Shown here piece after piece: positions 17,300 to 25,770 of a stretch of 64,000 bases of DNA (position 1 is its first letter; every line of letters starts with the position of its first letter). The notes under the pieces are model-generated. The model did no database searches, was not told where the DNA came from, and saw only the letters and a list, made by a program, of their open reading frames with translations. Both the position numbers and the translations under genes were made by a program. Source of the stretch: an uncultured Actinomycetes bacterium. Lineage in GTDB: Bacteria; Actinomycetota; Acidimicrobiia; IMCC26256; DASPTH01. The stretch lies in the NCBI GenBank assembly GCA_963725775.1, contig CAVRZT010000001.1, positions 675,568-739,567 of the forward strand. The letters are read 5' to 3'.

Positions 17300-18649
17300 T
17301 CAGTAGACGTCGAGCTTGACCTCGATCACGTTCTTCTTGGCGCAGTCGAACGTGCCGACCTTGCTCGGGAACACCCGCTGGAACGCACCGCTCTTCACCT
17401 GCATCAGCACGTGACAAGGGGTGGTCGTGCGGCCGGCGAGGTCGATGGTGCCGAACATGCCGTCGGCGCTGAACTCGTGGATGTTGTCGAGCGCCGCGAA
17501 GATCGACTTGCGGGTGACGCCGTTCACGCCATCGGCCTTGACGATGTTGTTCACCGCATCGCGGAACGCGATCATCGCGGACCACGCGTACACGCCGAAC
17601 CCGTCGGCCTTGTCGGCCCCCGTGTACTTCACGAAGTTCCGGAGCATCGGGTTGGCGTTCTGCTCCGCCTTGCTCAGGAACGGCAGGTACAGCGTGTCGA
17701 CGAAGTTGCCGTCGACGTCTTGGCCGCCCTGCGAGAGGAAGTCCCTGCTGTAGCAGCCGGTGGTGCAGTCCCACACCTTCACGTCGGTCAGACCCTGGAG
17801 CGCGGCCTCCTTGCGGAGCGCGACCTGCTGGGGACCCTGCGTCGCCTGGCCGTAGCTCGATCCGGCACTCTTCATCTCCTGGACCACCGGCGTGTACGCC
17901 GACTGCTGGGCGAAGCCCGAGATGTCGAAGTCCTTGTCGGAGGTGCAGCACACCTCGCGCACCTGTCCGATGCCGCTGGCGTACGACGAATCACGGGCCG
18001 ACTTCGAATCGCTGCCGAAGATGTAGATGCCGTGCAGGTCCTTGCCGAACTTCTTGTCGTAGTAGTAGCCGCGACCGACGTTGGGCTGGAAGGTCTGCGG
18101 GTGCTGGTCCTTGGTGGAGCAGATCACCTGCGGCGGGGCCATCGGGAACGACTGGTCCGAGCACTGCTGCGAGAGGTTCGTCGACACGAACGGGATGTCG
18201 GGCAGGCCGGTCACCGCACCGGTCGAGTCCCTGCAGTTGCGCATCTCGTCGACCGACGCCAGCGACACCGCCGACGTCCCCACCGCGGCGACGTCGTTCT
18301 CGCACGCCTGGATCTCGGCATTGGTCGTCGCGTTGGCGTTCAGCTTCGAGTCGTAGAAGTCGACCACGACCTTGCGGCCCGCGAGTCCACCGCCGCCGGC
18401 CTTGCTGTTCAGGTACTTGGCCGCGCCTTCGACCGCGTCCTTCGAACCCTTGAACAGGTTGGGCACGATCGCGTTGTCGACGTCGGCGATGACTGCGACG
18501 TGGATCTCGGTGGCGGTGATGCCGACGTCGGTCGCCTTGGGCGCCTCACCGCCGCTCGACTGCGCTCCTGCGGCGATCGTGGTCGCGGCGAGCGTTCCCA
18601 CCGACACCACCAGCACGAGGACGAGCGCCAACCAGCGAGCCTGCTTCAT
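17300..18649 (-). CDS. ABC-transporter substrate-binding protein (type 1 PBP)
   Basis: 449 aa. Signal peptide MKQARWLALVLVLVVSVGTLAA. Distant paralog of 10351..11760. Confidence 0.8.
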   Translation of the reverse strand: MKQARWLALVLVLVVSVGTLAATTIAAGAQSSGGEAPKATDVGITATEIHVAVIADVDNAIVPNLFKGSKDAVEGAAKYLNSKAGGGGLAGRKVVVDFYDSKLNANATTNAEIQACENDVAAVGTSAVSLASVDEMRNCRDSTGAVTGLPDIPFVSTNLSQQCSDQSFPMAPPQVICSTKDQHPQTFQPNVGRGYYYDKKFGKDLHGIYIFGSDSKSARDSSYASGIGQVREVCCTSDKDFDISGFAQQSAYTPVVQEMKSAGSSYGQATQGPQQVALRKEAALQGLTDVKVWDCTTGCYSRDFLSQGGQDVDGNFVDTLYLPFLSKAEQNANPMLRNFVKYTGADKADGFGVYAWSAMIAFRDAVNNIVKADGVNGVTRKSIFAALDNIHEFSADGMFGTIDLAGRTTTPCHVLMQVKSGAFQRVFPSKVGTFDCAKKNVIEVKLDVY

Positions 18650-18664
18650 GGTTCCTTCCCGAAA

Positions 18665-18681
18665 TCTGACGGGGCGTCAGA
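18665..18681. promoter_or_regulatory. Operator-like palindrome copy 4 (TCTGACGGGGCGTCAGA)
   Basis: 7-bp perfect arms, 16 nt upstream of the binding-protein start at 18649 (-). Confidence 0.55.
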
Positions 18682-18760
18682 TTGCGGACGGCAGCATAGG
18701 CAGACGCTTCGCGTGCACCGGGAATCGAAGGAAGGCGCGATTCGGTCAGGCGCGCCGATC

Positions 18761-19285
18761 TCAGGAGAAGTCCGCGGCGACGAAGAACTCCATGTCGGTC
18801 GGCGCGTCGCGCGGCAGGTCGTCGGCCACGAGCCGGGTCGACGCGGCGGCACGTTCCGCGTCGCTGAACACGACGGTGTCGCACGCCCATTCGATGGTGT
18901 TGCCGTTCGGATCCTCGGTGTAGATCGACGTGCCGTGGCTGTGCTGCATTCTCACGACGTCCTGACCGCATCCGAGCCAACGATCACGCGCGGCATCGAG
19001 CGCGTCGAGGTCGTCGACGCCGAACGCGATGTGGTTCACCCAGGAGGGGAGTCCGAGGCCTCGGGAGATGGCGGGATCGAAGTCGACGCAGCGCTCGTCG
19101 TGGAGCTCCATGAACGCCATGAGCGTGCCGTCGCCCGTGTCGTAGAACGCGTGGTGCAACCAGCCGCCGGGCGCATCGGTGGCGGCGTCTTCGACGTGGA
19201 CGAGGGTGAAGCCCATTGCCTCGGTGTAGAAGCGGTTCGTGGCGGCGAGATCAGTCGTCGCCAGCGCGAGATGATGAAACGCCAT
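18761..19285 (-). CDS. VOC (glyoxalase/dioxygenase) family protein
   Basis: Start MAFHHLALATTDLAATNRFY at 19285. Two beta-alpha-beta-beta-beta modules (second: VNHIAFGVDDLDALD). Confidence 0.75.
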   Translation of the reverse strand: MAFHHLALATTDLAATNRFYTEAMGFTLVHVEDAATDAPGGWLHHAFYDTGDGTLMAFMELHDERCVDFDPAISRGLGLPSWVNHIAFGVDDLDALDAARDRWLGCGQDVVRMQHSHGTSIYTEDPNGNTIEWACDTVVFSDAERAAASTRLVADDLPRDAPTDMEFFVAADFS

Positions 19286-19305
19286 GGACCACGTCCTTGT
19301 TCGAT

Positions 19306-19340
19306 ACACTTTTCATGTGTTCACTACAGAGGCACTGTAG
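19306..19340. promoter_or_regulatory. Two adjacent small palindromes in the VOC/TetR divergent promoter
   Basis: ACAC-TTTTCAT-GTGT (19306-19320) and CTACAG-AGGCA-CTGTAG (19324-19340). Locally AT-rich. The second ends 6 nt before the TetR ATG. Confidence 0.35.
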
Positions 19341-19345
19341 CGAAA

Positions 19346-19996
19346 ATGTCTGAGCCGGTCAAGGCGCGCCCGTACCGCTCGTCGCTGCGGGATCGCCAGC
19401 GAGCGGTGACCCGCGCCGCGGTGGTCGACGCCGCCACGCGTCTGTTCGTCGAGCACGGATACGCGGGAACGTCGATCGCCAAGATCGCGACCGAGGCCGA
19501 CGTGTCACCGGAGACGGTGTACGCGGTGTTCGGCACCAAGCGCGAGCTCCTCAACGCCGTCGTGCACTCGGCCGCGACCGGTGTCGCCGAGGGAGGAGCC
19601 GTGGTCGAGGCGGAGCTGCTCGACCGGGTGCGGGCGGAACCCGACCAACGGCGGCGGTTCGACATGATGGCGGAGGCGACCCGCGACACCCTCCGGCGGG
19701 TGGGCCCGCTCGACGAGGTGGTGCGGGCGGCCGCGGTCGGTGATCCGGAGATCGCCGCGCTGCTGCGGGAACACGAGGCGCAACGCGTGGCCGATGCCCG
19801 GAAGCTCGTCGGGCTGCTGGCCGAGGCCGGTCCGCTCCGGGTGCCCGAACGGGAGGCCGCCGACCTGATGTGGGCGCTGTCGCGCAGCACCGACCTCTAC
19901 CGGGCGCTCACCGTCGACCGGGGGTGGAGCGACGCCCGGGCCTTCCGTGCCCTCAACGACGCCATCGCCCGCGTGCTGTTCCCCGACCCGAAGTGA
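19346..19996 (+). CDS. TetR-family transcriptional regulator
   Basis: 216 aa. HTH GYAGTSIAKIATEADVSPETVYAVFGTKREL. Confidence 0.85.
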   Translation: MSEPVKARPYRSSLRDRQRAVTRAAVVDAATRLFVEHGYAGTSIAKIATEADVSPETVYAVFGTKRELLNAVVHSAATGVAEGGAVVEAELLDRVRAEPDQRRRFDMMAEATRDTLRRVGPLDEVVRAAAVGDPEIAALLREHEAQRVADARKLVGLLAEAGPLRVPEREAADLMWALSRSTDLYRALTVDRGWSDARAFRALNDAIARVLFPDPK

Positions 19997-20072
19997 GCCA
20001 ACTGGTTTCCTCGGTCAAGTAGTCGATCGGCCCGAGACCCGCCATACTGGGGTCACACCAAGGAGTCGCAGC

Positions 20073-21278
20073 ATGGATGTCCCCCTGATCATCTCGGTCG
20101 ACGACCACGTCGTGGAGCCCCCCGATCTCTGGACCGAACGCATCCCGGCGAAGTTCAAGGACCGCGCCCCGCGCGTCGAGCGCGATTCGGCGGTCTTCCA
20201 CTTCGAGGGCGGCGTGTTCTCCTACGAGAAGGGCGTCGAGGGCGGCGAGCCGTGCGACTGGTGGCTCTACGACGACCTCGTGTACCCGTTCCCGAAGTTG
20301 TCGGCCGCGGTCGGCTTCTCCGAGCTCGACGTCACGCCCACCACGTTCGACGAGATCCGCCCGGGGTGCTGGATCAAGTCGGAGCGCATCGCCGACATGG
20401 ACGCCAACCACACCGAGGCGTCGGTCTGCTTCCCCAACACGCTGCCGCGCTTCTGCGGGCAGACGTTCCTCGAGCGTGACGACAAGGAGCTCGCGCTCCT
20501 GTGCGTGCAGGCGTACAACGACTGGATGATCGACGACTGGTGCGTGGGTGAGGGCAAGGGTCGGCTGATCCCGCTCACCATGGTGCCGCTGTGGGACGTC
20601 GAGCTCGCCGCCGCCGAGGTGCGCCGGTCCGCCGACCGCGGCAGCTTCGCGGTGACGTTCCCCGAGAACCCGTTCCCGCTCGGGCTGCCGTCGATCCACG
20701 ACAAGAACCACTACTGGGAGCCCTTCTTCCAGGCGTGCCAGGAGACCGACACCACGATCTGCATGCACATCGGCTCGAGCTCGAAGATGCCGACCACCTC
20801 GCCCGACGCACCGTTCATCGTGAGCTCCACGCTCACGTTCTCGAACGCGATGGGTTCGATGTGCGACTACATCTTCTCGGGCACGCTCGAGCGCTTCCCG
20901 ACGCTCAAGATCGCGTACTCCGAGGGCCAGGTCGGCTGGATGCCCTACGTGATGGAGCGGGCCGACAAGCTCGCGGCGGAGCGGTCCGACAACAGCTTCG
21001 GCACCAGTCTGCCGCAGCCGCCGTCGAGCTACGTGAGCCGGATCTACGGCTGCATCTTCGACGACGAGATCGGCCTCGCCAACCGCGACGTCATCGGTAT
21101 GGACCAGATCTGCTTCGAGACCGACTACCCGCACGCCGACTCGACCTTCCCGCACTCCAAGAAGGTGGCCGACGACATCTGCACCCAGGCCGGGCTCAAC
21201 GAGGAGGAGCGTTACAAGCTGCTCCGCGGGAACGCGATCACCGCGTTCGGCCTGGAGCGGTTCGGCATCACCAGTTAG
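20073..21278 (+). CDS. Amidohydrolase_2-type metal-dependent hydrolase (paralog of 4828..6033)
   Basis: 401 aa. ISVDDHVVEPP, LIPLTMVPLWDVELAAAEVR, MHIGSSSKMPTTSPDAP and FETDYPHADSTFPH are shared almost verbatim with 4828..6033. Confidence 0.85.
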   Translation: MDVPLIISVDDHVVEPPDLWTERIPAKFKDRAPRVERDSAVFHFEGGVFSYEKGVEGGEPCDWWLYDDLVYPFPKLSAAVGFSELDVTPTTFDEIRPGCWIKSERIADMDANHTEASVCFPNTLPRFCGQTFLERDDKELALLCVQAYNDWMIDDWCVGEGKGRLIPLTMVPLWDVELAAAEVRRSADRGSFAVTFPENPFPLGLPSIHDKNHYWEPFFQACQETDTTICMHIGSSSKMPTTSPDAPFIVSSTLTFSNAMGSMCDYIFSGTLERFPTLKIAYSEGQVGWMPYVMERADKLAAERSDNSFGTSLPQPPSSYVSRIYGCIFDDEIGLANRDVIGMDQICFETDYPHADSTFPHSKKVADDICTQAGLNEEERYKLLRGNAITAFGLERFGITS

Positions 21279-21285
21279 TCGTTCG

Positions 21286-22029
21286 TTGGCGGACGACACC
21301 CTGCTCGTCGACGACGCCGACGGCGTCCGCACGATCACGATCAACCGGCCCGAGGTCAAGAACGCGCTGACCGCGGCGATGCGGACGCGGTTCAGCGAGC
21401 TGATCGAGGAGGCCGAGCACGACGACGCGACGCGGGCGATCATCGTGACCGCGGTCGATCCGGTGTTCAGCGCCGGGGTCGACTTCAAGGAGGTGGCGAC
21501 GGGCACCGGGGTCGGTGCGGTCACCAACCCGGGTGCGACGTTGCGAGCGGCGACCACGCCCGTGGTGTGCGCGGTCAACGGCGCCTGTGTCACCGGAGCA
21601 CTCGAGATCGCGCTGAGCTGCACGTTCGTCGTCGCGTCGGAGCGGGCGCGCTTCGCCGACACGCACGCGCGGCTCGACGTCGTCGCCGCGTGGGGCCTCA
21701 CCGCGTTGTTGCCCCGGGTCGTCGGCGTGCGGAAGGCCGCCGAGATGTCGATCACCGGCAACTTCGTCGACGCCGCGGAGGCGTTGCGCCTCGGCCTGGT
21801 CAACCACGTCGTGCCCCACGAGGAGCTGCTGCCGTTCACGCGCGCGCTCGTCGGCGACATCGCACCGACCGGGGCCGTGGCCGAGGTCCTGGATCTCTAC
21901 CGTCGGGGTGACGGCCTCCCACTCGCCGACGCGCTGGCGCTCGAGGCGGCGAACGCCGCGGACCGGCGCGTGGATCCCGCGGCCTTCGGGGCGGCGGGAT
22001 CCGCCGCTGCCGCCCGGAGCACGCCGTGA
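21286..22029 (+). CDS. Enoyl-CoA hydratase/isomerase family
   Basis: TTG start. ITINRPEVKNAL, FSAGVDF, VNGACVTGALE. 247 aa. Confidence 0.8.
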   Translation: MADDTLLVDDADGVRTITINRPEVKNALTAAMRTRFSELIEEAEHDDATRAIIVTAVDPVFSAGVDFKEVATGTGVGAVTNPGATLRAATTPVVCAVNGACVTGALEIALSCTFVVASERARFADTHARLDVVAAWGLTALLPRVVGVRKAAEMSITGNFVDAAEALRLGLVNHVVPHEELLPFTRALVGDIAPTGAVAEVLDLYRRGDGLPLADALALEAANAADRRVDPAAFGAAGSAAAARSTP

Positions 22030-22647
22030 CCGACGACTCGACGCGCGCCCGGGTCGTCGACGCCGCCGTCGCCTGCATCCTCGACGAAGGCTTCTACCGC
22101 GCCAGCTCCAACAAGATCGCGCGCCGCGCCGGCGTCACGTGGGGCGTCATCCAGTACCACTTCGGTACGCGGGAGGCGCTCATGCTGGCGGTGCACGAGC
22201 GCGGCGTCGACGAGCTCGACCGGTGCCTCACCGATGCCGTCATCACCGGCGACACGCTCGAGCAGCGGGTCGACTCGTTCGTCGACGCGCTCTGGACGTA
22301 CTACCGGCGGCCCGAGTTCCTGGCGTACATGCAGGTGATCCTCAACCTGAGCCACGATCCGACCACCGCCGACTCGACGCAGGCCGCGCTCGAAGTCGGT
22401 CGGCGCACGGGTCAACGAGCGGGTGCCGGCGCTGGTGCGCGCGGTGGTCGGGCCCGATCGGTCCGACGCCGAGGTCGAACGGATCGGCCGGTTCTTCTAC
22501 AACGTCGTGCGCGGGCTCGCGCTCGACCAGGAGCTCCTCGAGGCCATGCCCGTCGAGCACTCGACCACGGAGGAGTTCGACGCGCAACGAGCCGAGCTCG
22601 TACGCGTGCTCGCACGCGCGACGGGGGCTACGGGCGCCGCGAGCTGA
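22026..22647 (+). pseudogene. TetR-family regulator, one frameshift
   Basis: GTG 22026 overlaps the upstream stop (GTGA). The HTH FYRASSNKIARRAGVTWGVIQYHFGTREAL is intact. After ..AALEVGRRT the sensible sequence (VNERVPALVRAVVGPDRSDAEVERIGRFFYNVVRGLALDQ) is in another frame (ORF 22423..22647). The switch is at the GGG run near 22408-22410. Confidence 0.65.
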
Positions 22648-23074
22648 GTGCGCCGGCGGCGAGCGCCAGGCAGAGGGGCGAGTACACGCGTCGATCGAGG
22701 CGGCGGAACCGGGTCGACACGCTCCCCGGTGATGCCAGGTCGGTGCGGCCGGCGAACCCGAGCGCGGCGCGGCTCGCGAGCACCGCGGCCACGCCGGTCA
22801 CCCCGGCGCGCTGGATGCCGCGCGGCAGGCCGGGAACATCGGCGACGAGCGCGCCGGCGATGGTCAGCGCGCCGGCGACCGCGAAGCACGCAGCCGGGGA
22901 CGGGACGCTCCCTCGCCCGATCACGGCTTCGCTGAGGTCGTCGCGAGCCGAGAACGGGAACGAGGAGCCGAGCCCCCACGCCACGTGGAGCCCGGCGAGC
23001 GAGCAGAGGGTGGCCGCGGTGAGGCCGCGGACGGGAGCCATCATCGTTCCGGGAGCTGCCCACTTCCGGTCCAC
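22628..23074 (-). CDS. Small integral membrane protein (DUF3995-like)
   Basis: 148 aa with 4 hydrophobic segments. LAGLHVAWGLG resembles the DUF3995 signature as I recall it. Intact, and last gene of the decayed operon. Confidence 0.5.
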   Translation of the reverse strand: MDRKWAAPGTMMAPVRGLTAATLCSLAGLHVAWGLGSSFPFSARDDLSEAVIGRGSVPSPAACFAVAGALTIAGALVADVPGLPRGIQRAGVTGVAAVLASRAALGFAGRTDLASPGSVSTRFRRLDRRVYSPLCLALAAGALSSRRP

Positions 23075-23083
23075 GGTCGTGGA

Positions 23084-24186
23084 CTACGCGGGAACGGGTT
23101 GCGGCAGCTCGGCGAGCTGGTCGAGGTCGAACCCGAACACCTTGGCCGCGTTGCCGCTCACGATGGCGTCGAGGTCTTCCTGGCTGACGCCGTCGAACTG
23201 GTCGGCGTTCACGCTCTGCGACTCCGGCCACGTGCCTTCGGGGTGCGGGTAGTCGTTGCCCCACATGAGCGTCTCGACGCCGGTGATGCCGCGGTTGTTG
23301 ATCGCGACCGGGTCGTACATGAACGTCGCCGCGCACTGGCGCCGGATCAGCTCGCTCGGCTTGAGCGACAGCTTCGGCGACGCGTACATGCTGTGGTCCT
23401 CGTAGATCGCGTCGGCCTGCGTCATGATCCACGCCGAGCCACGACGCGCCGGTCTCGACGGTGACGATCTTCAGCTCGGGGAAGCGGTCGAGCGCGCCAC
23501 CGGCGGCGATCGTGAGCATCACCATGGGGCCGTCGAGCTGCGCGCCCATGAGGTAGTTGACGACCGCGCCGCCGGGGCCGCGCACCACGCGCGGCTCGTG
23601 GCCGGTGCCGGAGTGGAAGGTGAGCGGGAGGCCGAGCTCCTCGGCGACGGCCCAGAACGGGTCGTAGGCCGCGTCGTTGTAGGGCCGCTGACGGCACCTG
23701 GGCGGGAAGGAACAGCGCGCGGAAGCCCTGGTCGGCCACGACCTTGGCGTCTTCGATCGCGCCGTCGATGTCGAGCATCGACACCATGCCGACGGGGAGC
23801 AGCCGGTGGATCGTCGAACACGTCGCCGGCCCACGCGTTGTACGCGCGGCACAGCTGACGCTGGAACTCGGCGTCGTCGCTCGCGAAGCACGCCTGCAGC
23901 GCGAACGTCGGGAAGATCACCTCGGCGCTCACGCCGTCGCGGAGCCTGGTCGCGCAGACGGTCGTCGGCGTCGAAGTCGCCGACGATCGCGACCTCACGT
24001 TCGGACGCCGGCATCAGCTTGCGCGGCCCGAGACCCTTCGATCAGCAGGCGTGCGCCAGTCGCCGACGGTCTCGATGCGCGGGCACGCGGTCGCGGTACG
24101 CGGCGTCGACCCGCTCGCGCGTAGAGCTCGATCGGCTCGGTGACGTGCGAGTCGGTCGAGATGTAGATCGCGTCCCGATAGGTCAT
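23084..24186 (-). pseudogene. Amidohydrolase_2-type hydrolase, multiple frameshifts
   Basis: Recognisable pieces sit in all three frames. They are MTYRDAIYISTDSHVTEPIELY (24186), ERVDAAYRDRVP, RIETVGDWR, EVAIVGDFDADDRLRDQ and GVSAEVIFPTFALQACFASDDAEFQRQLCRAYNAWAGDVFDD. Further pieces are MVSMLDIDGAIEDAKVVADQGFRALFLP, YNDAAYDPFWAVAEELGLPLTFHSGTGHEP..VETGASW and a C-terminal WGNDYPHPEGTW. Confidence 0.75.
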
Positions 24187-24204
24187 GGAGTGAGCCTACG
24201 AGGG

Positions 24205-25364
24205 TCAGGGGGAGAGGACCAGACCGCTCCGCCCCGCCGACACGAGCACGTGCTCGGCGCCGGCGATCTGGTTGGCTGCGGTGCCGCGGAGCTGGCGCAC
24301 GCCTTCGACGATGTTGTTCATCCCGTGGATGTAGCCCTCGCCGAGCAGCCCGCCGTTGGGGTTGACCGGGAGCCTTCCCGCCCACCCGATGTGGCCGTCG
24401 GCGATGAAGTCGCGGGCCTCGCCCCGCCCGCAGAAGCCGAAGGCCTCGAGCTGGAGGAACACGATCGGGGTGAAGTTCTCGTAGATCATGGCGACGTCGA
24501 TGTCGTCGGGCGTGAGGCCGGCTCGGCGTAGAGGCGCCGGCCCATCGCCGCCGCCTCCTGGTGCTCGCCGAGGTCCTGGTCGTAGTAGGCGAACATCTCG
24601 CTGCCGCCCTCGCAGGTGCGCCTGGGTGGCCGAGAGGATGTCGACGGGCACGGTGGATCGAGGTCGCGCGGCCCGGTCTGCTCGGGTGACCACCAGCGCG
24701 ACGCCGCCGTCGCTCTCCTGGCAGCAGTCGAGCTTGCGCAGGATGGGTTCGACGATCCAGCGACTGGCCTGGTGGTCCTCGAGGGTGATGGGCCGCTAGT
24801 AGAACGGGGCGTTCGGGTTGGTGCTGGCCCAGTCGCGGGCGACGACGGGTAGCGCCCGAAGTCGACGTTGGTGAGGTCGTGCTCGTGCATGTAGCGCTGG
24901 AAGCCAGAGGGCGTAGATCTTCGCCGGCGTGTCGAGCCCGAACGGCATGTGGAAGTTCCACGCCGGGTCGGGGTCACCCGCCCGTTGCTGCGGTTGGCCG
25001 AAGCGGTGGCCGGACCGCTCGTTGAAGGCGCGGTAGACGAGCACGGCGTCGGCGTGGCCGCTCTCCACGGCGGCGGCGGCGAGCTGCACGGTGGCGCACG
25101 CGCCGCCGCCGCCGCCACGCGTGCGGGCCGTGAAGCGCAGCTCGGGCACCCCGCGCACCGGATGAGCGCCAGCTCGTCGTTGCACGTCCATCGCGAAGGT
25201 GACGGCGCCGTCGATGTCGGCGCGGGGTGAGCCCGGCGTCGGCGGATCGCGGCGGCGACCGCTTCGGCCGCCAGCTGCAGGGTGCAGCGGCCCGAGTTCT
25301 GCGAGAACTCGGTGTGGCCGATGCCGACGATCACGGCGCGTCGCTCGGCGGGGACGTCGCTCAT
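24205..25364 (-). pseudogene. SCP-x/nsLTP-type thiolase-like protein, multiple frameshifts plus an in-frame TAG
   Basis: Pieces, part 1: MSDVPAERRAVIVGIGHTEFSQNSG, ADIDGAVTFAMDV, PELRFTARTRGGGGGACATVQLAAAAVESGHADAVLVYRAFNE, WNFHMPFGLDTPAKIYALW and FQRYMHEHDLTNVDFG. Pieces, part 2: VVARDWASTNPNAPFY-TAG(24796-24798)-RPITLEDHQASRWIVEPILRKLDCCQESDGG, GSEMFAYYDQDLGEHQEAAAMGRRLY and GLTPDDIDVAMIYENF..LPVNPNGGLLGEGYIHGMN. Confidence 0.75.
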
Positions 25365-25760
25365 CGGCGACTCCGAGCCGGCCGGCAGGAACTGCGGGAG
25401 CACGACGTCGTCGACGGTCGTCGATGCTCAGAGCGTCGACGGCCATGCCGTTGTGGATCCGTCGTCGGGCCGCGTCGATCAGGTTGGAGACGATGCGGGT
25501 GCCCGTCCTCGAGGTCGACGAGGATGACGACCCGCGGCTCGTCGTCGGGCTCGGTCGGATGGTGCGAGACGATCCACGTGGACGGTGCCGCGGCCGGTCG
25601 ACTCCAGCGTGTCGAACTCGAGCGAGCCGCAGCGGGCGCACATCGGCGCGGGAGGGTGGCGCACGATGCCGCACGCCGCGCAGCGCTGGATGAGCAGCGT
25701 CCCGTCGGCGATCGCCTCCCAGAAGAAGGCGTCGTCGCGGTCGGGGATCGGGGGCTTCAC
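25361..25760 (-). pseudogene. DUF35 (Zn-ribbon + OB-fold) protein, frameshifted
   Basis: GTG 25760: MKPPIPDRDDAFFWEAIADGTLLIQRCAACGIVRHPPAPMCARCGS (CxxC..CxxC ribbon). It continues in another frame (IVSHHPTEPDDEPRVVILVDLEDGTRIVSNL..). The 3' end is approximate. Confidence 0.6.
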
Positions 25761-25770
25761 GGCCGGGCAG

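Noticed and set aside
16775-19996. 1073-aa plus-strand ORF, and similar long ORFs such as 16215..17951 (-), 10690..12687 (+), 35563..38199 (-), 53524..55836 (-) and 19953..21860 (-)
   Set aside because: They are antisense or out-of-frame to genes with clear family motifs, and their composition is dominated by Arg/Ala/Gly/Pro. Only their terminal parts coincide with real genes, for example the TetR at 19346.
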